From the NCBI RefSeq assembly GCF_009834535.1, contig NC_045697.1, forward strand, positions 8,992,001-9,056,000: DNA of 64,000 nucleotides. The letters run 5' to 3'. The notes under the pieces were generated by a model. That model saw nothing but the letters and a program-made list of their open reading frames with translations, did not search any database and had not been told where the DNA came from. Shown in pieces: positions 12,461-26,689 of this stretch (positions are counted from its first letter, which is position 1; each line of letters begins with the position of its first letter). Source of the DNA: Camelus ferus (taxonomy: Eukaryota). Both the position numbers and the translations under genes were made by a program.

Positions 12461-13814
12461 GACAAGTTACCTAAAATCATACAACTATACATCCTTATCT
12501 GTGAGAGTCTGCCATCATTGCAACAGTACCTGTTAATTCAATTACCATGAATTAAGTGATTTCTACGTGCCAGACACTTGACATAGATACTTTTGTATAA
12601 TATTAACGAGAAAAATACGAGGTAGAAATGGTGATTTCCATTTTAGAGAAATGTGGAAACTGAAACACTGAGAAGTGAAATCTCTTGCTTTAGATCACTC
12701 AGGAAGCTATTAACGTTGGGCTGAGCTTTTTGATACGGACGGCCAGAGAGAGCTGGTGTAAAGGAAGAGAGGCACACTGGGAAGAGAAATCAGTTCCGCA
12801 AAAGCAGGGAGGCAGAAAGGCCAGGGCAGGCTCTTTGAAGTGTCATCGTGTGTGTGAAGTGTTCTTTGTGTGTCATTGTCTTAAGGACGAGAGGGAAGTT
12901 TGGATTGGGAAGTAGGCTTGATAAGATGAAGGGAGGCTTGGAATATCAAGCTGTGCCAGTGGGGTTCATTCTCAAACATTTGTATTATTGCTGCCACCGG
13001 CTGTGATATGGATTAATTATAGGTAGAACTGAATTAATAAGAATAATCAATCAAATAATACATCAGTGATTTTTTTTATTGTTTTTCTCCATTCTAAGAG
13101 AAATATGTGCTCATTATAAACATTTTGGAAAATGCCAAAAACATAGAAAGAAAAAGAATTGACCTTTGAGTTACTTCTCAAAGCAACTACTATGCATAGT
13201 TGGGTCTATTTCTTTTCAGTCTTTTTTTTCCTTCCCTTCAAACATAACTGAGATTGAAATTCCTGTGCCACAAGGAAGACTTAAAAATGGCTTGGATTAA
13301 TTTGTCCTGATGTAAAGGAACTTTGTGGAAAGCAGGGGAGGAAATCTTGTGCATTCTGCTGAGTGACTTCTCACAATGCTATTGACCAAAAGCTTTCCAG
13401 CTCTTAATAAGAAGAATGCAGGGTTTCTGCAGAGTATGTCTGCAGCCACCCCCTGCCTGGGGAAATCTGAGAAGCTGGTGCTTGTTTAAGGATTCTGTAG
13501 GTGGCTTGAGGCTCTCCCTAGAAGCTTAGGAATGCATGATTTACAATACTTACTGAATGACTAAGCCACCAGCATCACAAGGCTCACAGATGACTAATAA
13601 TTATTCTCATTCTGCAGAGTGTGGTTTGTGGAACAAAGCAAGCAAGGTTTCTGCCCTTTTGTTCTGTGATTCACTCCTGTGAGATGCTCTTGTGAGTGGT
13701 AAGGTCGAGAGAGCTTCAGGACACCAGCTCTTCCTCCTTGCTTGCTTTATCCACTCACCTCTCCCACAGTGCAGCCCCGCTGGAGCTGCACCTCCATGGT
13801 AAAGTCCTGAGGAG

Positions 13815-14050
13815 AGCTGTGATGGGCACTGGTTAAGCATCAGAATTCGGTTTCACATCCAGGGTCCATCATCCCCTAGTTGTGTGACAACCTTGGGCAA
13901 ATGACATGGCTTCTCTAAGCTCCAGTGATTCTCATACCTTAGACTGAGAAAAAGAAATAGGTTATAGAGTTGTTATGGGAATGAGTGGAGATGAAGTGCT
14001 TAGTGCAATGCCTTGGTGCAGAGTGAGAGCTCAGGAAATGGTGATGGTTA
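13815..14050 (+). mobile_element. MIR
   Basis: 'tggttaagcat..ttgtgtgacaaccttgggcaaatgac..gtgcttagtgcaatgcc' near full-length MIR. Confidence 0.7.
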
Positions 14051-15274
14051 TTAAGTTGAGCTACAAGTTTTCACCAGGTCATCTCCCAAGAATAAAATAG
14101 AATAATATGATTTGGAGACTTTGACCTTTTATTTATTAATCATAAAAGCTAATTATAGTAATTTCTACCTGGCAGTTTTGTAGAGGAAATAGAACACGAT
14201 GTTGCAAAGTGTCTGACTCTGTAGCTGCTCAGCACATGTATTTTTTCCTTTCTCTATCCATGGTTGACTGAAGAGCCCCTTGGTGTGTCCAACCTCCTGA
14301 AACAGCTCTTAAAGGACATCCTCACAGTGGAAAGCTTAAACACTGGCTTATATGCTGGTACTGGGTATTTATTTGAGTTGGAGAAGAAAAGGAGTTTGGG
14401 GGCTTCTGAAAGGGCAGAAGCTTGGGCACTGCTTGATGTATTGTCCTGGATGGGGTGTGGCCAAGTCTAAGGAGGCTTGACTGTGGGCAGCAGAGTTCAG
14501 GGATGACATGGACAGAATGTAGACTAGAGGAGCCTGTCCCCAAATGTTCTAGACCAAGATGGATGAGGGGCACATGTACAGTGCTAGAGAAGGGGAGGGG
14601 TCCCCAACAATAACTGCTGTTGAGCTTCCCGCCACTCTGTCCGCTGGGAGCTCCTGACTGAGACTTGATTTAGACGAGTGAAACGATGTGGAATTTCTCG
14701 TGTACTAGTGTAGAGTAAAGCCATGTTTTATATATCTATAAGCACCAAGGAAGGTAGGATGTAATCAACAGGGCTTAATGACTGAGAGCCAATAGCGCTT
14801 TTGCTTCGACAGTGAGATGGGATTTGAGGCATAAAACACAGCCAAGAGTGTGGGTCCTGGAGTCAGCTCAAGAGCAGGCTCCTCCACTTACCATTTGAGG
14901 ACTGCTGGGCAAGTCATTCAACTCCCCTAATCTTGTTTCTTCATCTGTGAAGTGCAGATATTAAAAGTACCTCTCCTAGAGTGCTTTGGTCATAAGAGTC
15001 CAATAATAGAACCATGGCTAGCTTGAATAATTGCTCGGTCATGGGTGCCTTGATTAACATTGTTAACATTGATCTTGATTGTGCAATAGCTGTTGAAGGA
15101 CGCTCTGTGCCTCCCCACCATCATTCTTAAAGATCAGTGTAGAAAGGTAAACGTTGGAGGCCATCAATTCTGCTTACATTATGCTTATTAACATTTATTC
15201 CAGAGGGTTCTGGGATGGTCTATGGACAACTATATGTAGGCTTAGGAAAAAATCCTTTGAGAATAGTCATGCAT

Positions 15275-16898
15275 CTTCATGTAGCTCTATTTCTAATTTT
15301 TTTAGGAAGTTCGATACTGTTTTCCATAATGGCTGCATCAACTGACAATCCCAGTAACAGTGCACGAGGGTTCCCTTTTCTCCACATCCTTGTCAACACT
15401 TGTCATTTCTTGTCTTTTTGATAATAGCCATTCTGACAGGTGTGAGGTGATAATTGTAGTTTTGATATTTCCTTGATGGTAAGTGATATTGAGCATCTTT
15501 TTGTGTCTGTTGTCCATCTATATGTCATCTTTGGAAAAATGCCTATTCAGATCCTCTGCCTATTATTTTATTTTATTTTATTTTTCACTATTCATTTATT
15601 TTTTATTTTTTTTAAACTTTTTTTTATTGAGTTATAGTCATTTTACAATGTTGTGTCAAATTCCAGTGTAGAGCACAATTTTTCAGTTATATCTGAACAT
15701 ACATACATTCATTGTCTGCCCATTTTAAAATCAGATTATTTGTCTCTTTGTTTTTTGCTATTGAGTTTATGAGTTCTTTATGTAACTTTGGATATTAACA
15801 CCTTATTGCTTACGTCATTTGCAAATATCTTCTCCCATTCAGTGGACTTTCTTTTCATTTTGCTAATGGTTTCCTTCACTGAGCAAAAGCCTTTTAGTTT
15901 GATACAGTCCCATTTATTTATTTTTGCATTTGCTGCCCTTGTCTGAGGAGACATCCAAAAAATATTGCTAAGACCAATATCAAAAAGCATATTGCCTATA
16001 TTTTTTCCTAGAAGCTTTATGGTTTCAGATCGTACATTTAAGTCCTTAATCCACTTTGAGTTTATTTTTGATATGGTATGAGAAAGCAGTCCAGTTTCAT
16101 TCTTTCGTATGTAGCTGTCCAGTCTTCCCAGTTCTATTTGCTGAAGAGACTATTTTCACTCCATTGTATGTTCTTGCCAATATTATTGACCCAAAGTCTG
16201 TTGGTTTATGTCTGGGCTCTTTATTCTGTTCCACTGATCCATATATCTATTTTTGTACCAATACCATCCTGTTTTGATTACTGCAGCTTTGTAGTAATGT
16301 TTGAAATCAGGAATTGTGTTACCTCCAGCTTTGTTCTTTGTTTTTTTTTTTTGTTTGTTTTTTTCAACATTGCTTCAGCTATTTGGGCTCTTTTGTGGCT
16401 CCATACAAATTGTAGGATTACTTTCTTTAGTTTGTGAAAAGTGCCATTGGAATTTTGATAGAAATTGTGTTGAATCTGTAGATTGCCTTGGGTAGTATGG
16501 ACATTTCAACTATTAATTCTTCCAATCCACGAGGACAGTATCTTTCCATCTGTGTCATCTTCAGTTTGTTTCATCAACATCTTATAGTTTTCAGAGTTCA
16601 AGTCTTTCATCTTCTTGGTTAGCTTTATTCCTGGGTATTCTATTCTTTTTGAGGCAATTATAAAGGATACTGTTTTTTCAATTTATCTTTCTGATAGTTA
16701 TTAGTGTGTAGAAATGCAAAAGATTAATTTTGTATCCTGCAACTTTACTGAATTCATTTATTCTAATTTTTTTTTTTTTTTGGTGGGGTCTTTAGGTTTT
16801 CTATATAGAGTATCACGTTATCTGCAATCACTGACAGTTTTACTTTTTCCTGTTCAATTTGGATTTCTTTTATTTCTTTTTCTTGTCTGATTGCTATT
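15275..16898 (-). mobile_element. L1 ORF2 3' fragment (own 3'UTR not seen)
   Basis: Minus ORF 15778..15990 '[27 protein letters not shown]' is L1 ORF2; continuous L1 antisense sequence. Confidence 0.95.
15565..15714 (-). mobile_element. Nested 5'-truncated young L1 (~150 bp, 3'UTR tip)
   Basis: T-rich tail plus 'ttattgagttatagtcattttacaatgttgtgtcaaattccagtg', matching the end of the L1 at 37.4 kb; TSD tctgcc(t/c)att at 15555-15564 / 15715-15724. Confidence 0.85.
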
Positions 16899-17500
16899 AG
16901 CCTGCTCTTTACTTTCTCCTCCTTTCTTTCTCTGGGAACAGTCCTCTTTGCTCCTTCATGTAGGCAATGGGCGGCTGGTGTGTCGGGGAGTGGAGGAGAA
17001 AGAGGGCAAGGACAAGCATTGCTTATTGAGCTGGCTGCTGTTGCAGTTCACTCTTAGTTATCATCGTTTCTTTGGTTCACACTCCATGGTGGATTCCCCC
17101 TTTCATGGCTCTCTCCTGGTCGGTACATTGTCAATTTTCTCAGGTTGCTCTTCAGGGGCCTCCCAATTGCTGAGGATCTAACTCCAGTTGACAACTTCCA
17201 ACTTTCCCTTAGCTATTCCCTTGGAATGTCACCCTCAGCCTGCTGCTTCTCGGGTCCTCTTCCTTGGCAACCCACTCTTTTGCATGTGGAGAGCTGGAAA
17301 GATGGGTCAAGGCTATCTCTTCCAGTAGCCACTTGACCTTCAGAAAGTTGATGAGTCTTTGCTGTGACAATTCCATGGCTACTCCATGGATGTCCTCTCT
17401 CTGCCCTGCTCTGTTACTAATGTTCTGTTTTCCTGGTTTGGCAGGAACAGAGCAAATCAATAAAGCTGCTGTCTCATGAGGTGTCCAACCAAGGAATGTG
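16899..17500 (-). mobile_element. Possible ancient LTR (MamGypLTR-like)
   Basis: Minus strand 'ccctctttctcctccactccc..gaggagaaag' resembles recalled MamGypLTR segments; weak. Confidence 0.3.
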
Positions 17501-19344
17501 GTGTTAGGATTCCTTTCATGGAAGTGTTCTCAACATTTATGAGTTATTTCCCTGGAAAGCCCCTTCTATGTCTCATCAACACCCTGTTTAGCTGTTGAAT
17601 ATGCTACAGCCCAGCATTTCCGCTCAACAGACATGCTGCCCCTTTCTCCTCTCCTCAGTCTTTGGTAGGTGGGAAGGGAGGTGCAAATGTGCTGGGTAAT
17701 GGCTGATGGCAGCAGAGCCAGTTTGGCCACTTCTTGGTAAAGCTTGAGAGGGGTGCTTGGCTCTATTTAGACTGTGTAGCACTTAAGGTCTCTTTGTTCA
17801 CATTCTTTTGTGCTAATTCTGAAGTAACAGGAAAAATCCCACCTACATGTTGTATATTTACAACACACATACAGACTCACACAGACACCTGTACCCAACA
17901 GGTGAGAGTTGAAGAGAAAGTGAGTAAGAGAGCAGTAGGTTCTCTGCTGAAATGTTGACAGCAGCTCCCAAGGGGTGAAGGTAAGATTAGAGATTATTGT
18001 TTTGTCTGTTTGATTTTTTTTCTTTCCTGTATGCTTTACTGCCGTGCTTCCCATTTTCTCCAATGAAATTATACCACCCTTGAAACCATAAACATGCTTT
18101 CTAAGGTATTTCTGATCTGGAGCACTGTTCAACTGATGAACCAGATGTGAGGGGCACCGACCTGGGCTTTCCGACCTCCCAGGGCTCCCTGCAGGCTCAT
18201 GATGTGATAAAACATCAGCTGCTCTGAATTCCTGCAGCACCTGCCACAACAAAAGGAGACCCTTTCCTGAGCATACTGAGGCAGCTGTACATGCCTTTCT
18301 AGAACAAAGAAGCCAAAGCAAGGAGGTCATTAAGCCTCGTTTGGACACCGTCCATCCCACCCTAGCTTGAGCCCTCCGGGGGAGGTCTCAGTCCACCTGC
18401 ACGGGAAGGAGGCCGCATCCAGAGTGAGGTCCCGCCGCCTCCCTTTTGTCCTCTCTGGTGGTCTCCCTCCTTTTTCTGGTTCCCTGCCTCCCACTTGGCT
18501 CACATCTCAGCTCCTGCCTCGTTCTAAGAACCATTTAGCATCTGCTTCTCTGATGATGCCTCTGTATTCTCTTGTGGACCCAACTCTGCCTCACCCACCA
18601 CAGCTGCGCTAAGAGACAGGCCAGCTTCCCAAGAGGCAAAGGCGGCAGTGAACGAGCTGTCCCTCAGTCTTTCTTGCTCCTCTCTGCCTGTGGTCTCACA
18701 CTCCCTGCTGTTTTGTTTGTTGGTTTGTTTGTTTTTTGACTAGTCCTCAGAGTTCGCCTCCCTCTTCTCGGCTTTGTGGAGAGAAGGCATGCTGCTGTCC
18801 ATTTCTTTATATTGCAATATCTTTTGAAAGATTAGGAGACTTCGGTCCGTTTTCCTTCTTGAGGAACACTAAGGAGGCCCCCTGCCTAATCTCTCAATCG
18901 CTCTGCCCCAGGGGAGAGGAATGGCCAGTGTGATTGGTATAAGCTTACCACTCGCTGGGACATGTTTACTAGTGGGTGAGGTCACTGTGCATTAAAGGCA
19001 GGGTTTCAATCTCCACTCGTCCCTGTGTTGGGGCATAGCCTGCCCTCTTGCACCTTTTTCTCTAAGGTGGTAAGCACTCCTACTGAGGATTCTCTTTCCT
19101 CCCAATGCAAACCGCGCCCACTGAATTCTCAGGTAAAGAGATCAGTGACAAAGGTGGGAGGACACTCAGGACACACTGGACGGTTTCAGGCACACGCATA
19201 CTTTCTTCCTAAACTTACCAGGGAGCCTTGTTCAGGGCCTAGGCTGGAATTTACCTCGGCAATGCCAGAAAGGACAGTCGACTTTTCTTAGGAGGCTGGT
19301 TCCAGACGTAGCTTTTTGCTAATTTGCAGGGTGCCCGTGGCAAA

Positions 19345-20335
19345 TTGCAGTGGTAGCTTCAATTCTTCACTCCTTTAGCTTTGTCCTTTACTATGTGATT
19401 TTGCAGATTCTCTCACTAAAGATGGAATCTTTTACACCTTGAATTTGTGCTGGCCTTGTGACTTGTTTTTGCCAACAGAAATAAGTTGGAAGTAATAGTT
19501 CTCCAGTTGTAAGCTTAGACCTCAAGAGGCCTGTGAGTTTCTGTTTACCCTCTGTTCTTCCCGCCATGGCAGAGCACATGCTGTAGGTTACTGGACAAAG
19601 AGATACACGTAGAGCAGAGCCGAATCACGTCTTTTGTCCTAGAAGAGGCTGACCTGGTTAGAGGACAGCCAGCCATCTCCAAACTGTTTGAATGAGCCAA
19701 GCAAAGATGAACAGAGCCATCCAGCCTCACATCCTATGTTGTGGTCACACACAGGGTGATGGTGACATGAGGGTTGGTAAACAATTACCAGAGATGGAGA
19801 AGAGTTTAGGAAAGTTAATAGGGACACTGCTATAGACAATAGCAAGCCACACAGGTGAGAGGTGCCTGTGTGAACGCCGGGGATGGGCATGCAGGGTCTT
19901 TTATTGGGCAGAGGGGGCTGTGCACACAAGGAGTAGGGGGCTGCAGGATCAGTTCGTGCACATGCACCTGATTGGCTGTAAGATCTGTCGGGGACTGCTC
20001 TGAATTATAGGATTTACAATTCTGATAAGGGCAGGACGTGACACCTGTCCGTCCCCCTAGGTTACTGTGAGATGGGCTATCCCTTGGGGCTATGAGTTTT
20101 GTTAGTGTAAACACACATCAAGAGAAGATGTTTTTCATCCTGCAGAAATGCAGGTATGCAGAGGGCCCTGCAGTGGGAAGAGGGGGTTAATGTGTCAGTG
20201 GCTCCAGGCACACACAGAGCCCAGGAGTGGGGGTTTGATGACTCCAGAGAGTGCCAGCCAGCTCCACATTCTGGAGACATGAGCAAAAAATGCTTATGAT
20301 TGTATGAAGTTTTGTGTAGTTTTTCCTGTGCAGCA
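19345..20335 (+). mobile_element. MLT1 (G/H-like) LTR split by a nested LTR
   Basis: 'ccttgaatttgtgctggccttgtgacttg..gccaacagaa', 'gacctcaagaggcc'; resumes 'gagacatgagc..aatgcttatgattg' after 20269. Confidence 0.7.
19737..20268 (-). mobile_element. Nested ERV-type solo LTR (532 bp)
   Basis: TG..CA termini (tgttgtgg..ctccaca), degenerate TSD tccta/ttctg, interrupts the MLT1; strand tentative. Confidence 0.6.
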
Positions 20336-21477
20336 TGAGGATGAAGAGAGGTAACTGAGAAGTGACCTTGCAAGATACATGCATTTTATTCCTCTCCTTG
20401 GATTCACTCATCATTCAGCAGATACGGAGTATCTGCTTTGTGTCAACCCCGTGCTAAATGCTGCCGGGGAGAATCACACTGGTGGGAGGGTAGAATCACT
20501 TCACCAGGAGCACGCTGGCAGAAATAAGAATATGTGCTACGACAGCAGGGGTTCTGTTTAGTTAATTCACCTCTGCATCCCCATCACCTGGAAGAGCAAA
20601 CTGGCACTTAGTGGATGTTCGATAAACATTGTCTCTTGCAGGCCTGTGAGTGTGAGTGTGTGTATGCATGTGTCTGTATGTTTACCAGAGAAGGAATTGA
20701 ATATTTCATGAAAGTACAGAGGTTCATGTCTCTTGCTCTCCTTAGCCCGGCAGACTGACTGTTCCCAAGTCTTTCCTCCGCTGTCTTTTATCCCCTCCTC
20801 TTCCTGCGATGACAGCCGCAGGAACCGCAGTGTGCTATAAACTTACCTCCATAATAGAATGTAGATGCATAAATCAAAACAGCTCCTAGCGGGCTGTCTG
20901 CAGTAATAAATGCTGCGGAGGCGGCCCGACTGGCAGTGTAAGAGAGATTATACAAACCACTGCCTGGAGAAAGCACAGCATCATGAATAAACTCAGCCTT
21001 GAATTATTTATATATTTCAGGCGGCATGTTATTTTCTGTCTCCTGTGCTGCAAGGCCTGCAAGTGATTTCACGGAGGGCTGAGAGTGCCTGAATTTGGCT
21101 ACAAGAGGAAAACAATTGCGGTTTGTCTTGGGCCAAGTTTCAGGGTGACGATTGCATTATGTTCCACGCACAGCAGCCCAGCGGGCAGGGCAGAGCTGGG
21201 TGGTGGAAGGCATTGCTTAGCATTCAGGGCAGGACGCTTCTAATCTCAGCAAGCTGTGTCCCTAGGGGCTTGCTGGCTTTGTGAACCACCTTGGAGCCAC
21301 GTGACTGGAGGGTGAGCCTCAGGACCCGCCTTCCCCAACTCCACCAGGGACACGGCTGCATTCTCTTCTATGCAGTAGTTTTCAACCTAAGATTTTGTTG
21401 TGGGGGAAAAAAATTTACTGTAAAATTAAATAAAAAGTTTGGAAATCATTAATCTGGCTGATCTTTGAGACTCTGAA

Positions 21478-21641
21478 GTGATCTCAACTCAAGCTGCCTA
21501 AGAGGGTCCCTGGGAGCTTTTAAAAGCTATTCATGCAGGACTTCCAATCTTGATCAGTTAAATCAGAATTTCTGGAGATGGGTCAAGATTTTTAAAGCTA
21601 TCTAGGTGACTCTGATGGGCAGTCAGGGTTGCGAGCCACTG
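21478..21641. mobile_element. MER5A-like hAT-Charlie MITE
   Basis: 'aaatcagaatttctggagatggg..ggtgactctgatgggcagtcagggttgcgagccactg'. Confidence 0.7.
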
Positions 21642-24600
21642 CTTCAAACCCTTCTTTGACACACCAGGACGGGTACCAAGCACCAGCTGTAAGTCAGGCA
21701 CTCAGCAAAGAACTGAGAGTGGAGTGATGAATGAGACAGGCTCAGCCTTTGCCTTCATGCAGCTCTCCATTTAGTGGGGGATTCTGACAAATAAATACCC
21801 AAGAAATTAGTTTGGTGGGATATGTATTGATGGGGGAAGAGTAAAACACTGTAAGAGTTTTAATAGCAGTGATAATAATTGTGATACTATTTCTTTCCAA
21901 GATAACCCTTTAAAAAATTCAGACAATTTACTAAGTGATTTACATGGAATATCTTATTGAATTCTTGTCCCATCATGTAGGTAGGTGCAGTCACCAACTT
22001 TGTTTTACAAATAAAGAAACTGAGGCCCAGAGAGGGTAAGTGACTTAGCCAAGGTTGCACAGCCCACACTGATGGTCAGAGGGATAATCAGTTAATGTGT
22101 GTTCAGTGCATGCATGGGCACTTGGGTGAAGGCATGCTTGCAGACTTGCTCTCCATCTGGCTCGAGCCTGCTCTTGTAAACTCAAAAACAGAAGACAACA
22201 CACTAAGAATTTCATGAAAATGTGTTGCTGCTGGGAAAGAAGAAAGCAAAATCCAGGGTCTAATGCCAGTTAGGCCCTGCTTTTCCGATAGCATCACAAC
22301 ACGTGCCCATCTGCAGGCACACACAGAGTGCGACAAATGGAAGCAACTCAGAGATGACACTTTTACCTCACAAGGGAGCAAACAGGCACAGTGACAGTCG
22401 CCACAGGCCCATGCTTTGCCGTGCCTGGTACCACAGTCTGCTTCTCCTGGTTCCCCATCGATGGCTTGTCACCTGACCCCGCTGTGACTGAGCTTTCACC
22501 GTGCAGGGGCAGTCTTCCTGTTCACACCCCCAAGGCTTGAGGGAGATTCCACCAATGTCACCAAGTCCAGTTTGAAATTGTATAACAAGATCACCTGACT
22601 GTGAGGTGGTTCGCTCTGCAAGAACCTTGGTCCTCCCAGCCCACACCTCAGATTTGTAACGTCCCATTTCCTCCCATAAGCAAGCTTTTTGCCATCAGTA
22701 GGCGAGGGGGAATTTGTCATAAGAATTTTATAACCTTTTTACCTGTTAGGAATTGGTGCTTTTCAAAGCTCCTTAACAACCACTGTCTTATGTAATCCAG
22801 CCAAGTGCCTCTCGGTAGACAGGAAAACTGTCATTATCAACTCATTTTGCAGGTGAATTGCATTAGGTTCAGGTACGGCCTCCACCAGGATCCTCCTGGG
22901 ACTGTGATGTGATCATCGTGGGAACAGGATGATGGACACTGCTGCCGAATTCTGGTGACCCTCTCACTTGCCCTCACAAACTGCCTCCACCAGTTCCACC
23001 TGCATGTGCTCCAGCTGTGTTCCTCCTTCAGGGATGCCTTCTTCCCATGTTATTAGACTGACTCCCATCTTCTGGAACCCAGAGATCTGAATAGCCTGGA
23101 TGCTCAAGCTAGGAAATGTGTTTGTGTGCGTGTGTGTGTGTAGATCTTGATTAACTTTCCATAAGAGCAATTCAGGATATTTGGACCTGCTACCGCTTAC
23201 CCCTCTCCCTACTTGTATTTAAACTTCCCTTTCCCCGGTAGCTAAAAATGCAGTTCTTAGCTCTTTCCCCAGGCTGATTTGCAAAAACAGCTATTCCTAC
23301 ATGCCCACCCAATTTTTCCTCTTTTTTCTTTTTTTTACTCTGATTATCTTCTAACCATCGCCAAATTTAGCCAAGATAACATAAAACATTTCTCTTGAGC
23401 CTGGCCCAGTCTGGTCTCCTCAAGGCTCATATTCCCTTGAAAATCTAAATGATGCATGAAAAGAGACAGTTTTTGAACAGTTCCCTGAGCTTCACTGCTT
23501 GCATGGCTAGTCAGAGACTCCATCCAAGGAGGACCTTTGGAGAACCCATAGGTTAGAGAGAGCTGCCCTTGGGCCTCCTTCCCTCTTAAGTCAAAGCGAA
23601 GGTTTCAATTTCGAGCCTCAGGATGGGGGGCGGGGCGGCCCTCCCATGCAGCAGATCTCCTGCTCAGCAGGTTGAGGGCTGAGAGAGCTGATCAGAGGGA
23701 GTTTGGGCACTTGGGCTAAATGAGCGCGTCCTCCATTGGAGCCCTGTTGGAAGAAAACACATCAGGCAGTCTAGAGAGTCAGCAAATCCAGAGATCCAAG
23801 GTCAATGCTGACAGAGGAGGCTGCAAGGAGTCAGGCTGATTAGCAGCAGCTTTCCCGAAGGCAAGTGGGTTTGAACAATGCTCTGTGTTCATCTTACTTT
23901 GTCCCCTTAAACGGGAAGAATTTTTCAGATATGTGGTCTTGGGCCACACAGCTGACTTGATGGAAGCCACATCATTGAATGAATAGAAGATTTTATCCTG
24001 AATTAGTGTTAACTGATAAAGAAAATTCGGACGAAAGGTTCTCAGGCATTAACAGACTTTGGTAGGAAGAACATGAAACAGGAGACTTTTGAGGTTTCAG
24101 ATCCTGCGAATTGGGAGGACCCTTTCCATCTCCATCCTTCCCGTCCCCAGACTTCCTCAGAGAACCTGCAAGATGCCTGGCCTGGTGCTGGACAGCATGG
24201 ATTTAAAGACACAGAGGGGCTGTTCCTCTCTCTTGAAGCTTTAGGGTCCTTTGTAGGGAGGGCTCTGAGGATAATCCTTTTGGGGGCGTGTTGTCACTGC
24301 CTTGTGATGATTTTCCCTTCTCCTGGGAAACAGATGAGATTAACAGACCATGATGATTGTTTATGGTCCTCAAGCACAGGATGAGCCATTTCTGCAACTA
24401 GGCAGGAGGCTGCGCAACGTCTGAAGTGACCTGTATTGTTGGGAAATATGCCTGCTTTTTCGAAATATACTTTTACAAAAATGGTAGGGAAAAAACTGCT
24501 GCTCAGTGTCCCCACAAGGGAACTGAAGTGTGTCTGTACCTTCTGCTTTCTCCCCTCTCACCTGCTTTTTGGAGCAGAAGCCCCGTGGAGCCTGCAGAGC

Positions 24601-24820
24601 ATAGCTGATGTCACCAGCAACCCTGCATGGTGTGCCCTTGAATTCTGAGGCCAGAACCATTGCCTGATTGAAAAGTCTTATCTTCAGGCAGAGATCTGGG
24701 AGCAGGGCAAATGATAACTGGGTGTTGTCTGGCTCTTTAGGGAAAAAAAAGGGGTATGAAGTCTTCTCTGTGGGTGCCCTGGAAGCTTTATTTCACTGTC
24801 CTGGAAAAAGAGTGAAGTGC

Positions 24821-25267
24821 TGTATTAATTTGCCAGGGCTGCCGTGTCCAATTACCGTAAACTGAATAACTTAAAAGAAATTTATTTTATCATGGTAGCG
24901 GAAGCTAGAAGTCTGCCATCAAGGTGCCTGCAGGGCTAGGCTCCCTCCTAAGACTCCTTTGCCATTCTCCCACCTTCTGGTGGCAGCCAGACATTCTTGG
25001 CATAGCTTGGCTTTTAGACATCACTCCAGTCTTTGCCTCTGTAGTCACCTCGTGTTCTCCCATGTGAGTCTGTGTATTTGTGTCTCAATTTTCTTCTTCT
25101 GGTAAGGACACCTGTCATTGAGCTAAGCCCCGCCTTAATGCAGGAGGACCTCCTGTTAACTTGATCACATCTGCGAAGACCCTACTTCCACATGAGGTCA
25201 CATTCACAGGTACTAGGGGTCAAGGATGGAATATACCTCTCTCGGGGGGTACGATTCTACCACAACA
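24821..25267 (-). mobile_element. MLT1B/C-like MaLR solo LTR
   Basis: 'tgtattaatttgccagggctgcc..catctgcgaagaccctacttccacatgaggtcacattcacagg..ccacaaca'. Confidence 0.85.
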
Positions 25268-26454
25268 AGTAGCCCCTAGTTTGGCAGACCCTAGGCAGCC
25301 GTTAGGTGTGTACTCATTCAGCTTTATTCCAAAATGAATGTACCAAGCACCGAATGTTTCCCATGCATGGTCTGGGTACAGGGGCAGGAAATGCTGCCAG
25401 TGATTCTCCAGACACCAGCTTGCTTTATTCTGTGTCTGGCTCTTTGTTTGTTTGTTTGTTTGCTTTTTGTTTATCTGAGTCAAGCAGCCTCTGTCCACGT
25501 CCAGGGGTTGGCCCTGGGCCAGCTGTTACCTTGGGTGCCTCTCACTGGTCAGTGTTTCATGCCAGGAGAAGGCACCTCTCTCTCCCCTTTCCTGTCCCTG
25601 GAGGCTGGTAGGGGTTCAGAGCTTAGACCTGGGGGCTAGCTGGTCCATCTGTTGCTTCCCCTCTTTCTCTGCTGGGGTGCAGGAGGCTCCAGGGGCTGAA
25701 GTCACCCGACTTCTCATCGGAGAGGGCAGTTGTCTCCACATCTGCTCACTGGGAAGAGGTTGTTGGGGTTGTCAGTTTGGCCCTGTGTGTTGGTCACATC
25801 AAAACCTCTAGAGGGAGCTCAAGGTCTGCTTCCTTCTCCTACATTTACTGCCCAATGAAGAAGATGCTCTGATGGATTAAGGATTGAAAGACAAACACAC
25901 AAAGCCGCAAGGCTAGGTGGATGGGAATATTTAGTAGGAAGAAAGAAGGAAGGCTTAGGTTTTGTTGAGGCAAGCAGGGGCTAGCAGTTCACTCTTTATT
26001 TGTGAGTCCAGTGAGGACAAGACATGTCCTATGGCCTTTCCTGGCTGGCAGGCAGCTTTTTACCCCTGGAAGGCTGTGGGCAGGATGCTGTCCGTGGGAA
26101 AAGGAGTGTGGGGAGGACAGCTGAGGCCAGTTCTCCTCTAGGTGGGTGGTGATGGTTTGCGGGGATTTTCTGCTCTGTTCTTCTTCCTCCATTGGAGTAG
26201 GAAGAGCTGAGGACCATGTTCTTGAACTAAAGTGATTAAAGGGGCCATTGAAACTCAAAGGTGGGTGCAGTGTAGGAGAAATGTGGGGTTAAACCTAAAT
26301 TAGTAGTATTAATGGGAATTCATTGGGCCACCCTGCCCCTGTGTCACAAATCCTCTGGATGGGATTCAAGGTCCTGAGCAGACCTCCCACCTTTTAGGGT
26401 AGAAAAGAGAGGCATGGGACAATAGAAAAGAGGGCAACCCATTTTGCTAAAAAA

Positions 26455-26640
26455 GCCACCTTAACAGTTGGGTGATATTGAGTAAGTTACTTCGCCTCCT
26501 GGAAACTTAGTTTCTCTAACTATAAAATGAGGATAATACTGGCTTAAAAAGCTCATGAGATTTATAAGTTAAAAAAATAAAAACAGGCTAGTATAATATA
26601 TAGCACATAGTAAGTGTTCAACAACTGGTAACTATTATGA
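26455..26640 (+). mobile_element. MIR
   Basis: 'taagttacttcgcctc..tagtttctctaactataaaatgaggataat..gcacatagtaagtgttcaa'. Confidence 0.7.
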
Positions 26641-26689
26641 TAGACACACTTCTGTACTTAATGATAATGGATGCCATAATGAGCACTTA

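Noticed and set aside
17767..18360. Longest ORF in the track (197 aa, - strand)
   Set aside because: No recognisable domain, starts at a non-ATG codon, no supporting exon structure; consistent with chance
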